64,000 nt of DNA from contig CAYLJV010000001.1 of NCBI GenBank assembly GCA_964384105.1, positions 256,001 to 320,000 of the forward strand, given 5' to 3'. Source of the stretch: Candidatus Hadarchaeota archaeon. GTDB lineage: Archaea > Hadarchaeota > Hadarchaeia > Hadarchaeales > JAGGTB01. Positions 10,965 to 20,886 of this stretch are shown piece after piece. Position numbers and translations under genes: made by a program. Every line of letters begins with the position of its first letter. Position 1 is the first letter of the stretch. The notes under the pieces are model-generated. The model had not been told where the DNA came from, ran no database searches, and saw only the letters and a program-made list of their open reading frames with translations.

Positions 10965-12923
10965 ATGAAAAAGAGTTCTAATCTGCCTTCTATTTCCAGA
11001 GATGTGAAGGAAATATTAGACGTTCTTGAAAGGCAGGAGGGGAGGGACCTTCGCTTTTACGAAAGTGTGTGTAAGTATTCCAAGAGATTTCTACATTTTT
11101 TTACAAAGGATATGAAGCTCGAGAGCAAGATGATGAAAAAGATAGCTTGGGCCAAACTGAGAGTAACTCCCTCTGAATGGTGGGCCGGATTTATCTCTCT
11201 CACTATGATACCGGTCTTGTTTTCTGTTTTCTTAGCTTTTACTTTGTTTGTTAGCGGAAGTTTAATGTCTCATTGGTATCTTCCGGTGTTTACTCTTGGT
11301 CTATCCGGTCTTTTAGGGACTTCTTTTTATTATTACCCGGTTAGTTTAGCGGACATAGAAAAAACAGAAGCTCAGTCCCGTGCAATTGAGACTATAATGT
11401 TGCTTAGTTTTGTTTTACAAAATAGAACTGATTTAAGAGGGGCTGCAATATTCGCTGGAAATGCAAGTGAGGGAAAACTTGCTGAAGAGATACGTGATGG
11501 TTTACTCAATCTTGACCAAAAACGTGATTATGACACGGTTAGAGAACTGTTCATATTTATAGCTCATAGGTGGAGGGAGATTGATGAAGGCATTCGGAGG
11601 GCTATTTTTGATATTTTAAGATCTACAGGCCAGTCTGAAGAGTCTTTAAGAAGGCAGGATGTGTCGAAAGCACCTGAAAGAGTGATTAATAGCTGTGAAA
11701 ATCAACTCGGAACAAAGTTAGATTCCATAGTAATGCCGACAATGACCTTTATGGTCTTTGGATCTTTAGCGATAGTGGGGGTAATTGGGCTTTCACCTAT
11801 TTATGGAATGATCGGGATGGAGTTCATTGATCTTAAGTTTTTCTTATTGGCTTCAGGTATTCTTATTGTGAGTTTTCTCGTCTTCACTATTCTTATAGAA
11901 AGACGTAGGCCAGTTACATTGCCACCTCCTAGAATTTCTCCGGAAGACCCCCGGGTTTATCCTGAAGGGAAATCCAAATTTTTTGGAAAATATGTGCCCA
12001 TTTGGGTTCCTTCTTTTATTTTATTCTTAGGAATCTCTTTTCCGGGTTTGCTATATGTTTCTGGTATTTTTACAGATATTTACTTGATTAGTGGATTGAA
12101 TACTTTTTGGTTTGTTTGGGCTGTGGCAGCGTCTTTTTCTCTTTATTCACATCTTAGAGTTGGTTCTAGGGCTGAAATAAGGGAAAAAGTTCGGAAAGCA
12201 ACTAGAGATTGGGTAATCGCTTTTAGTACTGTTGGTTCTAGAGTGATTGATGGACAACCTATGAAAAGAGCTATGAAGGAAACCTCGGAGATAATGTCTG
12301 AGTCGAAGGTCGGTAGACAACTGGAGCAGGCAACAGGAACTATGGACAGATTATCGGTAAGCATGAGCTACGCTTTTTTTAAGACCGGAATATCTAAGCG
12401 AATTTATAATCCTTTAATTTCCAGTTTTCTTGGAGTTATAATCGAAATTAAAAAGGGATCAGAAGAGGCCGCGGGTGAAGCTGCTATGTTGGCTTCTGAA
12501 TTTCTTGATACACTTGCTGGTGTTGAGAAAGGATTTAAGCAGCGAATAGGGGAGGCTACTGGAAATTTATGGTTAATGGCTATAGTCCTTTTACCGGTGG
12601 TAAGTTCCTTATCGGTATGGATCATGGATTTTATGGGTGAGATCTCCTTATCAGCTAGTTTATCAGCTGAGAAAGCAGGTCTATCTGATTTCCCTATACT
12701 AATCGAGTCTATGGGATCTTTGGAAATTGCTTTTTTGAAATTGATAATGGGATTAACTGTAATAGCATTGATAGTGATTTTGGTCAGACATATTTCGGTT
12801 ATTAGATCAGGTCGAGATTCAATAGATTTCTGGAATTCGCTTCCTTTTGCTGTTTTGTTGGGTACTTTCTTGTTTACCCTTTCTTATTGGGGATTTGGCC
12901 TTCTGAAGGCTGCTGGTATCTAG
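10965..12923 (+). CDS. TadB/TadC (GspF-like) membrane platform protein
   Basis: Two cytoplasmic domains separated by TM bundles; immediately downstream of the secretion ATPase. Confidence 0.75.
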   Translation: MKKSSNLPSISRDVKEILDVLERQEGRDLRFYESVCKYSKRFLHFFTKDMKLESKMMKKIAWAKLRVTPSEWWAGFISLTMIPVLFSVFLAFTLFVSGSLMSHWYLPVFTLGLSGLLGTSFYYYPVSLADIEKTEAQSRAIETIMLLSFVLQNRTDLRGAAIFAGNASEGKLAEEIRDGLLNLDQKRDYDTVRELFIFIAHRWREIDEGIRRAIFDILRSTGQSEESLRRQDVSKAPERVINSCENQLGTKLDSIVMPTMTFMVFGSLAIVGVIGLSPIYGMIGMEFIDLKFFLLASGILIVSFLVFTILIERRRPVTLPPPRISPEDPRVYPEGKSKFFGKYVPIWVPSFILFLGISFPGLLYVSGIFTDIYLISGLNTFWFVWAVAASFSLYSHLRVGSRAEIREKVRKATRDWVIAFSTVGSRVIDGQPMKRAMKETSEIMSESKVGRQLEQATGTMDRLSVSMSYAFFKTGISKRIYNPLISSFLGVIIEIKKGSEEAAGEAAMLASEFLDTLAGVEKGFKQRIGEATGNLWLMAIVLLPVVSSLSVWIMDFMGEISLSASLSAEKAGLSDFPILIESMGSLEIAFLKLIMGLTVIALIVILVRHISVIRSGRDSIDFWNSLPFAVLLGTFLFTLSYWGFGLLKAAGI

Positions 12924-13020
12924 TTTTTTAATTTTCTATCAGTTGAGGTGAATGGACCAATACTATAAATGATAGTTATCATATTGTGGATAGGTTATTG
13001 CTTCCGGATTTTGTGATAAA

Positions 13021-13977
13021 ATGAAATATGAAGTCGAATTGATAGAGCCTGAAGAGAAAGATAGGCTTATTGGCGAGAAATACAAGGAAAGCGTTTCTTA
13101 CGGTGGAAAAGCTAACCTAGAGGGAACTTGTATAAAATTACTGACGAATATCGAAGAATTCAAGGATATGTGGACAGACAATTTCAAAACTATGAGTGAA
13201 GATATCAGGCCCCATGGGCGGGTATTTGCTCTCTCTACTGAGGATGAGGCTAAGAGAGTATTGTACGAACCGATTTCAAAAACGTGTTTTCTTTTGAATT
13301 ACGGTTACTACGGCTTTGTCAAGAGTCTTGCATTAGCAGTAGCAGGAGATTTTTTGGAGGAGTACAGGTCGGTTCACTCACGTTACTCCGTTCATGGGGC
13401 TGCTGTTGATCATAAGGGGATAGGAACCGCCATAATCGCCCCCACCGGGGTTGGTAAGACGACCCAGTCTTATGGTCTATTGCTGGCAGGAGGAGTTAGG
13501 TTAGTTGCGGATGATTGGTTTTATACGACGCTTGTAGGAAACGAGGTAGAGGCTAAGGCATCAGAGAAGAATAATTATATTCGAGTTGAGATGGCTGCTG
13601 ACTGGGAAGAATATAAGGGTCTACTTAGCGGTTTGACCCTTGACGAGAGAGGGAGAGCAGTTGTAAATGTAAGAAGAATATTGGGTGAGGGGGCTATGAA
13701 GGACTTCACTACTTTGAGAAACGTTGTTCTTATGAAGAGGGATCGAGATGATGATGAAATATTTAAGGAGATTGGCAGCGATGAGGCACTTAAGTTTATA
13801 TTAAAACACGATTTTTGTAATCCCCACCAATTGGTTAGAGATAAGAGAAAGATGAATCTCCGAAAGAAATTTTTCAAAGATTTTTTTGAGAGAACTAACG
13901 TTTATATGATAAATACTACCGTTTCGGTGAAAGAGAATCAAGACCAACTTCGAAAAATAGTTTTCGAGGAATTCTAA
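13021..13977 (+). CDS. HPr kinase/PEP carboxykinase-like P-loop protein
   Basis: VHGAAV...APTGVGKTT...LVADDW motif order typical of the HPrK/PCK fold. Confidence 0.7.
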   Translation: MKYEVELIEPEEKDRLIGEKYKESVSYGGKANLEGTCIKLLTNIEEFKDMWTDNFKTMSEDIRPHGRVFALSTEDEAKRVLYEPISKTCFLLNYGYYGFVKSLALAVAGDFLEEYRSVHSRYSVHGAAVDHKGIGTAIIAPTGVGKTTQSYGLLLAGGVRLVADDWFYTTLVGNEVEAKASEKNNYIRVEMAADWEEYKGLLSGLTLDERGRAVVNVRRILGEGAMKDFTTLRNVVLMKRDRDDDEIFKEIGSDEALKFILKHDFCNPHQLVRDKRKMNLRKKFFKDFFERTNVYMINTTVSVKENQDQLRKIVFEEF

Positions 13978-14109
13978 ATTTTTTGATTTACACTTTTTAA
14001 AAAGAGGACACTTCTTTTGTTGTGTTTCTAGACGTTATCTACCTTTGATGTTGTTTAATGGGGGAAGACACATTAAATGAGATATCGCTAAAATCTTTAG
14101 AGGGATTGA

Positions 14110-14676
14110 ATGAACAGATCAGAAGTTATAAAGATAATCAGACAGGCTTTACCAATACTACTTTTTTGCGCTCTTATTCAATTGGGTTCTGGTTCTTTAT
14201 TGGGTGGTTTAGAAAATAAGTTCAACATGTTACCCGGTCTCTTAGTGATGGTTCCTCCTTTGTTGGATCTTAGGGGAAACATTAACGGGGCTTTAGCGTC
14301 CCGCCTTTCTTCTGGTCTTCATCAAGGAGTAGTAGATTCAGAAGTTCTTTGGGGATCAGAGGTTAAGACGAATTTGAAGGCCTCTATTTTCCTTACGTTT
14401 ATGGTCTCTGCTTTGACGGGAGTATTAGCTTTTTTAATAACGATTTTGACTGGCCTGCACCCGTTTTCAATTTATCTTTTGTTTGTTTTGATTTCTGTGG
14501 GATTGATTGCAGGGACAATTTCAGGATTTGGTTTGGCTAGTCTTACTATTATAGTAGCCATGATTTCTTACCGGAGAGGTTGGGACCCAGATAATATTAC
14601 TAGCCCCCTTATGGCGACTCTTGGAGATATTTTAACGGTTTTCGCGATTTATATAGCGATTTTTATGCTGGTGTGA
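14110..14676 (+). CDS. MgtE/SLC41 membrane-domain divalent cation transporter, subunit 1
   Basis: PPLLDLRGNI...RLSS and WDPDNITSPLMATLGD motifs. Confidence 0.9.
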   Translation: MNRSEVIKIIRQALPILLFCALIQLGSGSLLGGLENKFNMLPGLLVMVPPLLDLRGNINGALASRLSSGLHQGVVDSEVLWGSEVKTNLKASIFLTFMVSALTGVLAFLITILTGLHPFSIYLLFVLISVGLIAGTISGFGLASLTIIVAMISYRRGWDPDNITSPLMATLGDILTVFAIYIAIFMLV

Positions 14677-15233
14677 AAATGTCTGTTTATAGCTTCAAAA
14701 AGATAGTTCGAGAGAGTTATCGGATATTGATTGTTACAGTTTTGATTGGATTAGCGTCCGGGTACATGCTGGAGGCCTATTCTGGGAGAATCACTGCAAT
14801 AATTTTGGCTATGGTGCCACCAATAAATGGAATTGGGGGTAACATTGGGAGCATTCTTGGCGCTAGACTTTCTTCTGCATTACATCTGGGGACTGTGACT
14901 CCCGATTTCAGAGAGAATGAACCTTTAAAAACAAATATTTTCGCTTCGGCTTCATTGGGTGTAATAGTGTATGGTTTTATTGGGCTGTTTTTTTTTGTCT
15001 CTTCCTTAATTACAGGTAGCACGGCATTAGAGTCAATTAGAGTCGCGATGATTTTTTTTGGTGCGGGCATACTCCTGATTAGTATAATAATTTTTACGAG
15101 CGTATCTTCGGCATTTATATCGTATAGCAGAGGGACAGACCCGGATAATGTTGTAATCCCTGTGGTTACAACGATCGTGGATGTCGCAGGAGTAATAAGT
15201 TTACTTATGATGATAAGAATAATAGGAATGTGA
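14673..15233 (+). CDS. MgtE/SLC41 membrane-domain divalent cation transporter, subunit 2
   Basis: GGNIGSILGARLSSALHLG and DPDNVVIPVVTTIVD motifs. Confidence 0.9.
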   Translation: MKMSVYSFKKIVRESYRILIVTVLIGLASGYMLEAYSGRITAIILAMVPPINGIGGNIGSILGARLSSALHLGTVTPDFRENEPLKTNIFASASLGVIVYGFIGLFFFVSSLITGSTALESIRVAMIFFGAGILLISIIIFTSVSSAFISYSRGTDPDNVVIPVVTTIVDVAGVISLLMMIRIIGM

Positions 15234-15237
15234 GCTT

Positions 15238-16425
15238 ATGGATAATGATCACAAAAAACCGATGAACGTTCGGGAGCTTTTGACCGAAACCAAGAACGTT
15301 TCTGACCTTATAATCGATCTTGCTTATGCTTCTGTTCTGTATGAAAGTGAGGATCTGGCGGAGCAGGTTCGGGAATTAGAAGAACGAATGGATGAGTTGA
15401 TGTACCAGATAAGGACTGAAGTAACCATTTCTGTGAGGAATTACGAAGATGCTGAAAGTGCAACTGGTATATTACAGGTTGCTGGTGCTGCAGAATCTAT
15501 TTCGAACGCAGCAGGTGATATCGCGAATCTTGTACTTAGGGATATTGAGATACATCCAGTGGTTAAGGACTCTTTGAGAGAAGCAAACGAGAAAATATCT
15601 AGGGTAGAGGTTGGTGGAGATTCTGACTTGAGGGGAGAGAGTTTATCAAGTCTTAATCTGCCTACAAGGTTTTCTGTTTGGGTTCTTGCTATAAATAAGG
15701 GTGATTCTTGGGTTGCTGCTCCAGATTCTAGCGAGGTTATTGAAGAAGGGGATGTTCTTGTAGTTAGGGGTTCTAGAGATGGGATCGATAAGTTCTGTCT
15801 TATGGCTGATTCACCTTCTATAGACTGGAAGGTGGGCAGGAAATATAAGCGGCTCAGGAATTTGTTGTCGAGTATGAGAGATAGTGGATGCTCCCTCGTT
15901 GATATGGCTTTCTATTCAGTTCTTTTCAAGTCAGAGGAGGTAGCGGAGGAAGTCAGGGAGTTAGAACAGAAGTTTGACGAGTTCAACTACGAAGCTTGGA
16001 GAGAGGTCCTAAAAGCTGCTAAGAGGGAAAAGGATGTTATGGAACTTAACAGTGCCCTTCAGGCAGTTAAGTCTCTTGAAAGTATATCCGATGCGGCCGA
16101 TTCTATTGCCGATGTTATATTGAGGGGAGTTGAACTCCATCCAGTGTTTGCACAAGCCTTGGATGAGGCGGAGGAGAGAATAGCAAAATTGGTTGTAAAT
16201 GAAAGTTCTTCTTTGATCGATCACACTTTTGAGGAGTTGGATCTGTGGAGAAGAATGGGATTGGATGTTTTTGTTATAAAAAAAGGAGATCATTATATTC
16301 TTAATCCTGGAATTCATACCACCATTCGTGCTGGAGACGTTTTGATCGTTAGAGGGTCTATTGATAGCGTTGAGGAACTTGTTGAAGTAGCTCAGGGAGA
16401 AAAGAAGTGGAGCCACTTAGAGTGA
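15238..16425 (+). CDS. Tandem (PhoU-TrkA_C)x2 regulatory protein
   Basis: Two repeats of a PhoU-like helical domain (DLAYASVL / DMAFYSVL), each followed by an RCK_C domain (GDVLVVRG / GDVLIVRG). Confidence 0.85.
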   Translation: MDNDHKKPMNVRELLTETKNVSDLIIDLAYASVLYESEDLAEQVRELEERMDELMYQIRTEVTISVRNYEDAESATGILQVAGAAESISNAAGDIANLVLRDIEIHPVVKDSLREANEKISRVEVGGDSDLRGESLSSLNLPTRFSVWVLAINKGDSWVAAPDSSEVIEEGDVLVVRGSRDGIDKFCLMADSPSIDWKVGRKYKRLRNLLSSMRDSGCSLVDMAFYSVLFKSEEVAEEVRELEQKFDEFNYEAWREVLKAAKREKDVMELNSALQAVKSLESISDAADSIADVILRGVELHPVFAQALDEAEERIAKLVVNESSSLIDHTFEELDLWRRMGLDVFVIKKGDHYILNPGIHTTIRAGDVLIVRGSIDSVEELVEVAQGEKKWSHLE

Positions 16426-16428
16426 ATT

Positions 16429-16974
16429 TTATATTTCGAGGCTTAAGAGTGCTGTATTTTCAAGTATGAGCTCTTCGATCGAGTAGTTTTTTAGAGATTT
16501 ATCAGAAATAGAATAGATTTTTATCAATTTTTCTTTCTTTTTGTCTGTCATCTCGAAAACGCTCCCTTCTCTCGTTATATTCAAACTTTTGACAATCCTT
16601 TTTCTGGTTTCTTTTACTTTTTTGTCGTCTTTCCCGATTGTGATAAGAGCTATCTTTTTTGAGTCTTTTTTAACTCCAACCAATCTTATTGCTTTGTCGA
16701 TTTGTCTTCTTCCAGCTACCCAGCAAGTCAATTCTATTTTTTGGGAGTCCGCAAAAGATTGATCGTTTTCTATAGCTTCAAGTGCCAGTTTTGAGGCGTG
16801 TAGTAAGTGTTTCTTTCCGACAATATTGTTGGCGTCAAAAATTTGGCTTATTGTTTTATTGGAGTTATCTATCTCATCGATCTTTTCTAGTGCCTTTTCT
16901 ATCTGAATTTTTTCAGACTTTCCACCGTATATATCTATGAATCTTTTACCAAAATTTCCTTTTACCTCTATCAT
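16429..16974 (-). CDS. cgi121: KEOPS complex subunit Cgi121
   Basis: QIFDA...HLLHA...ELTCWVAGRRQIDKAI...GV motif. Confidence 0.9.
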   Translation of the reverse strand: MIEVKGNFGKRFIDIYGGKSEKIQIEKALEKIDEIDNSNKTISQIFDANNIVGKKHLLHASKLALEAIENDQSFADSQKIELTCWVAGRRQIDKAIRLVGVKKDSKKIALITIGKDDKKVKETRKRIVKSLNITREGSVFEMTDKKKEKLIKIYSISDKSLKNYSIEELILENTALLSLEI

Positions 16975-17098
16975 TTTCCTATTATGGGTTTTAGAGAATT
17001 ATTTAACTACTTTTGGTCGAAGTTTTTTCACAGATAAGGTTTTACCTTGAAAAAGCTCAATTACTTAAGTTTACTTTAGGTTGATTAGAAGGGTTATT

Positions 17099-17857
17099 AT
17101 GAGGTCAACGGCTAACAAACTGAAAATTGAAGACCTGATAAATGGTGAATATATTCAGTCTCCTGAAGGCGATCCGAATTATCTTGTTACTCCTTGGGAC
17201 CAGAAGGTTCTACGTATTAATCTAATTGCTACGATTGTTGACAGTTTCGTGAGGGACGATGGAGGTTATGCTACTTTAACTCTTGATGATGGAACTGGTA
17301 CTATTAGGGCCAAGTTTTGGTCTGATGAGGCTGACAAGGTGGAGGAATTTCAGATTGGTGATTTGGTTACTATAGTAGGAAAGGTTCGGGAATATGAGGG
17401 GGAGATTCATCTGGTTCCTGAGGTCGTAAGAGAGGTCGAGGATCCGAACTGGGAGCTTGTCAGGGAACTTGAAATTCTTGAAAACAGAAAGGGCTTGCTA
17501 CAAAAAGGGATCAAACCTGAGTTTGAAAGGGAAGCAGAGGGAGAACCGGAGGGACTTGAGTTTCCTTCTGAGTCGGAAGATGAGTTGGAACGAGTTGGAG
17601 AAATAGAAGACCTTGGCGAATCTTTGGATAAAGGAGAGCAGGAGGTATCAGATGAGCTGAAAGACAAGATCCTTTTGATATTAGATAAAATAGGGGATGA
17701 GGCAGGAGCTAATATAGAAGACGTATCTGACGAAATGGATGAGTCTCCTTCGGAAGTCGAAAAGGCCCTAGGGGTTTTATTAAATGAGGATAAAATATAC
17801 GAACCAGTAGCTGGTAAATTCAAAAGGTTAGGGTGGTCAGATGACGAAGAACTATGA
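17099..17857 (+). CDS. RPA32/RPA2-like OB-fold ssDNA-binding protein with C-terminal winged helix
   Basis: LDDGTGTIRAKFW OB motif, acidic linker, C-terminal IYEPVAGKFK winged helix. Confidence 0.85.
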   Translation: MRSTANKLKIEDLINGEYIQSPEGDPNYLVTPWDQKVLRINLIATIVDSFVRDDGGYATLTLDDGTGTIRAKFWSDEADKVEEFQIGDLVTIVGKVREYEGEIHLVPEVVREVEDPNWELVRELEILENRKGLLQKGIKPEFEREAEGEPEGLEFPSESEDELERVGEIEDLGESLDKGEQEVSDELKDKILLILDKIGDEAGANIEDVSDEMDESPSEVEKALGVLLNEDKIYEPVAGKFKRLGWSDDEEL

Positions 17858-18251
17858 AGAAATGTTGGATCAAGCATTAGGAGAGATTCCTGAGACATCA
17901 CGAAAAGAAGAGCGGTTTAAGATTCCTAAAGTAGAGGTAGATGTTTCTGGTAACCAAACAACTCTAAAAAATTTGAAGTCTATAGCGAATGACTTAGGGA
18001 GAGATCCCGATCACTTAATGAAGTATCTTCTAAATGAATTAGGAACTGCAGGTAACAGGGAAGGTTCGAAAGGGGTATTTCAAGGTAAGTTCAAAAAGAA
18101 ATCTATTCAGGAGAGAGTTAATGGTTACACGAGAGATTTTGTACTATGTGATGAGTGCGGTAAACCGGATACTAAACTGATTAAGGAAGGTCGCGTTAAG
18201 ATGAAAAAATGCGAAGCTTGTGGTGCCCGTTCTTCTATTCGGGGGGCCTAA
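17841..18251 (+). CDS. eif2b: Translation initiation factor aIF-2 beta
   Basis: RDPDHLMKYLLNELGT; CDECGKPDT...CEACGA zinc ribbon. Confidence 0.97.
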   Translation: MTKNYEEMLDQALGEIPETSRKEERFKIPKVEVDVSGNQTTLKNLKSIANDLGRDPDHLMKYLLNELGTAGNREGSKGVFQGKFKKKSIQERVNGYTRDFVLCDECGKPDTKLIKEGRVKMKKCEACGARSSIRGA

Positions 18252-18252
18252 A

Positions 18253-18543
18253 ATGCCTCAATTGTCTATAAAGAAGAGTAGTGGCGAAACAGTGGTAACA
18301 GTATGTGATTCCGATCTTTTCGGAAAAAGGCTTAGGGAAGGAAAATTCAAGCTAGAGGTTAAAGAATCTTTCTATGAGGGGGATGAAGCTAGCTTTGAAG
18401 AGTGTTTGGAGGCTCTAGATGAGGCCACTATAGGAAACCTTGTTGGTTCGATAGTGGAAAAGGCTATTGAAGCGGGTTATGTGAATCCGGATAATGTTTT
18501 AGAAATAGAAGGTGTCTCTCACGCACAGTTTGTGAGACTTTAA
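18253..18543 (+). CDS. DUF424 family protein
   Basis: VCDSDLFGK...FYEG...NLVG...HAQ; usual neighbour of aIF-2 beta. Confidence 0.85.
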   Translation: MPQLSIKKSSGETVVTVCDSDLFGKRLREGKFKLEVKESFYEGDEASFEECLEALDEATIGNLVGSIVEKAIEAGYVNPDNVLEIEGVSHAQFVRL

Positions 18544-18653
18544 GCTGTCTTGCTAATTACCGGTAATAAGTTCTCTTATCTGTGGTTAAAGGAAATTTTT
18601 GACGATTATTTGGATTATCCTAATAACATTTGTCGGATATTGTTTACTAGGGG

Positions 18654-19439
18654 ATTGATAGCGTAGTTAGTTCTGTTTTTTCAGCGTTTATTTTAACAAT
18701 ATTTGCTGGTCTTTCTACAGGTGTAGGGGCTTTGATAGCTTATTTTATTAAGGAACCTAAGTTTAGCTACCTTTCTTTTCTGATGGGATTTTCTGCAGGT
18801 GTAATGATTTATATATCTTTTATGGAATTGCTTTCAACCGCTATTGGGGAGATTGGTTTTGTTCTTGCTAATTTAGGCTTTTTTGGTGGAATCGGAGCAA
18901 TTTATTTGGTGGATAAGTTCATTCCGCATGTTCATATGGATACTAAACCGGATACTTTTCACGAGTCAGAGGATTTTGCCGAAAAAAGAAAGAGGCTAGC
19001 AGATGTGGGAATACTTACTGCTATTGGTATAGCGATCCATAATTTTCCAGAGGGAATGGCAGTCTTTGCAGTTTCTTTGGAATCGATTTCGGTCGGGATT
19101 CCAATCGCTATTGCGATAGCAATCCATAATATTCCTGAGGGAATTGCCGTTTCTGTTCCTATCTACTATGCTACGGGCGATGAAAGAAAGGCTTTTGGAT
19201 ATTCCTTCTTTTCAGGGGTTGCGGAGCCAATTGGTGCGGCCATCGGATTTCTAATATTGTTACCCTTTTTGACGGATTTGGTGTTAAATCTTACACTTGC
19301 AGTCGTAGGTGGAATTATGGTTTTTATTAGTTTTGATGAGCTTCTGCCTATTTCAAAAGAATACGGTAACGAGCATCTTTCAAGCATGGGGTTATTTCTT
19401 GGAATGCTTGTCATGATGATTAGTTTATCGTTTTTGTGA
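18654..19439 (+). CDS. zupT: ZIP-family zinc transporter ZupT (start uncertain)
   Basis: HNFPEG and HNIPEG motifs; conserved TM1 (AFILTIFAGLSTGVG) is in frame upstream of the ORF-track start at 18732. Confidence 0.92.
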   Translation: MDSVVSSVFSAFILTIFAGLSTGVGALIAYFIKEPKFSYLSFLMGFSAGVMIYISFMELLSTAIGEIGFVLANLGFFGGIGAIYLVDKFIPHVHMDTKPDTFHESEDFAEKRKRLADVGILTAIGIAIHNFPEGMAVFAVSLESISVGIPIAIAIAIHNIPEGIAVSVPIYYATGDERKAFGYSFFSGVAEPIGAAIGFLILLPFLTDLVLNLTLAVVGGIMVFISFDELLPISKEYGNEHLSSMGLFLGMLVMMISLSFL

Positions 19440-19533
19440 TTTTTTTAATAATTCAGTGTTGCTGGTTATTAGTGGACAACTATTTAACAAAAAAATAATT
19501 TTTTCTCTAGTTTGTGTTCAAAAAACCTTAAAA

Positions 19534-19572
19534 TTCATAAAAGTATGAAAAGTATTAAATGTATGAAAAGTA
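19534..19572. promoter_or_regulatory. Candidate operator: TTCATA-N4-TATGAA palindrome plus 12-bp direct repeat GTATGAAAAGTA
   Basis: Palindrome at 19534-19549; repeats at 19543 and 19561, between a TATA-like CTTAAAA and the AbrB-family gene. Confidence 0.55.
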
Positions 19573-19584
19573 ATTCTTAATTAG

Positions 19585-19836
19585 ATGGTTAAAATGAAGG
19601 ATAAGAATAGTCATGAACCGAAATTCTATGGTTCTTCCTCTGTGGGATCAAAGGGTCAGATAGTAATACCTTCTGAGTTAAGGAAAGAAGTTGGGATAGA
19701 ACCCGGTGATAATCTGCTTTTTCTCTGTAGGCATGGGAATGAGAAAGGATTCAGTGTAATAAAGCCGGAGGCTCTTTTCGAAATGGAAGAGAAGATTCGA
19801 AAGCTGAGAGAAAAGGTTGAAGAAGTCAACGAGTAA
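19585..19836 (+). CDS. AbrB/MazE/SpoVT family DNA-binding protein
   Basis: VGSKGQIVIPSELRKEVGIEPGD motif. Confidence 0.92.
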   Translation: MVKMKDKNSHEPKFYGSSSVGSKGQIVIPSELRKEVGIEPGDNLLFLCRHGNEKGFSVIKPEALFEMEEKIRKLREKVEEVNE

Positions 19837-19898
19837 ATGTTGGGATTAGATGTTCATTCGATTTTGATCTCTATAATTTTTGTTAAAAAGGAGAAATT

Positions 19899-20882
19899 AT
19901 GTCTGCGATAGAAACTAAGGGACTCACAAAAGAATATGATGGACTCGTAGCCGTTGATCATATTAGTCTGGAAATTAAAGAGGGTGAGCTGTTCGGGCTC
20001 CTCGGACCTAACGGGGCAGGAAAGACCACGTTAGTTCATATGCTTTCGACTATACTACCGCCAACGGAGGGAATGGCGAGAGTATGGAACAGTGATGTTA
20101 GTGAGGATCCGGACAAGGTCCGTTCTTCGATTGGAATAGTCTTTCAAGATCCTTCATCAGATCAGCAGTTGACTGGATTGGAAAATTTAGACTTTCACGG
20201 CCGAATGTATGGTATTCCAAAAGAGGAACGGAAAGAAAGATCAATACAATTGTTGAAGATGGTCGATCTTGAAGAAAGGTCAGGGAACCTTGTAAAGGAA
20301 TATTCTGGGGGTATGAGACGGAGACTGGAACTCGCTCGAGCATTTCTTCATCATCCAAAGGTTCTCTTTTTAGATGAACCGACATTAGGTCTTGACCCTC
20401 AAACTAGGAGGAGTATATGGGATTATATTCAGAAGCTGAACGACGAGGAGGGAATAACCATGATTCTGACTACTCATTATATGGAGGAGGCTGATTATCT
20501 ATGCGACCGTGTTGGGATTATTGATAGGGGAGAGTTAATAGCTATGGATACTCCATCTGCTCTGAAAAATGAACTGAAAGGTGACATAGTCACTTTGAGT
20601 TTTGATAAGCCAGAGAAGTTAGTAGAGGTGTTAAGTAATGTAGAACTTGTGAATGAAGTGAAATTAGTGGATGGAACGCTACAGCTCAGGGTTAATAATG
20701 GCGAGAGTTCAATTCCAAAGCTACTTTCTATAGTACAGGAGAACGATGCTGAGGTAAAGACAGTTGGATTGAGAAAGCCCACTTTGGAAGATGTTTTTAT
20801 TCACTATACTGGTCGAAGAATCAGGGAGGAAAAATCGGAGAAGACGAACTGGCAGCAATGGGGGAGGAAAAATAATAGGTGA
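19899..20882 (+). CDS. ABC exporter ATP-binding subunit (DrrA-like)
   Basis: GPNGAGKTT, YSGGMRRRLE, LDEPT, PTLEDVF. Confidence 0.95.
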   Translation: MSAIETKGLTKEYDGLVAVDHISLEIKEGELFGLLGPNGAGKTTLVHMLSTILPPTEGMARVWNSDVSEDPDKVRSSIGIVFQDPSSDQQLTGLENLDFHGRMYGIPKEERKERSIQLLKMVDLEERSGNLVKEYSGGMRRRLELARAFLHHPKVLFLDEPTLGLDPQTRRSIWDYIQKLNDEEGITMILTTHYMEEADYLCDRVGIIDRGELIAMDTPSALKNELKGDIVTLSFDKPEKLVEVLSNVELVNEVKLVDGTLQLRVNNGESSIPKLLSIVQENDAEVKTVGLRKPTLEDVFIHYTGRRIREEKSEKTNWQQWGRKNNR

Positions 20883-20886
20883 TATT

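Noticed and set aside
19585-19836. AbrB gene as the antitoxin of a toxin-antitoxin pair
   Set aside because: No adjacent PIN or MazF toxin; it precedes an ABC exporter
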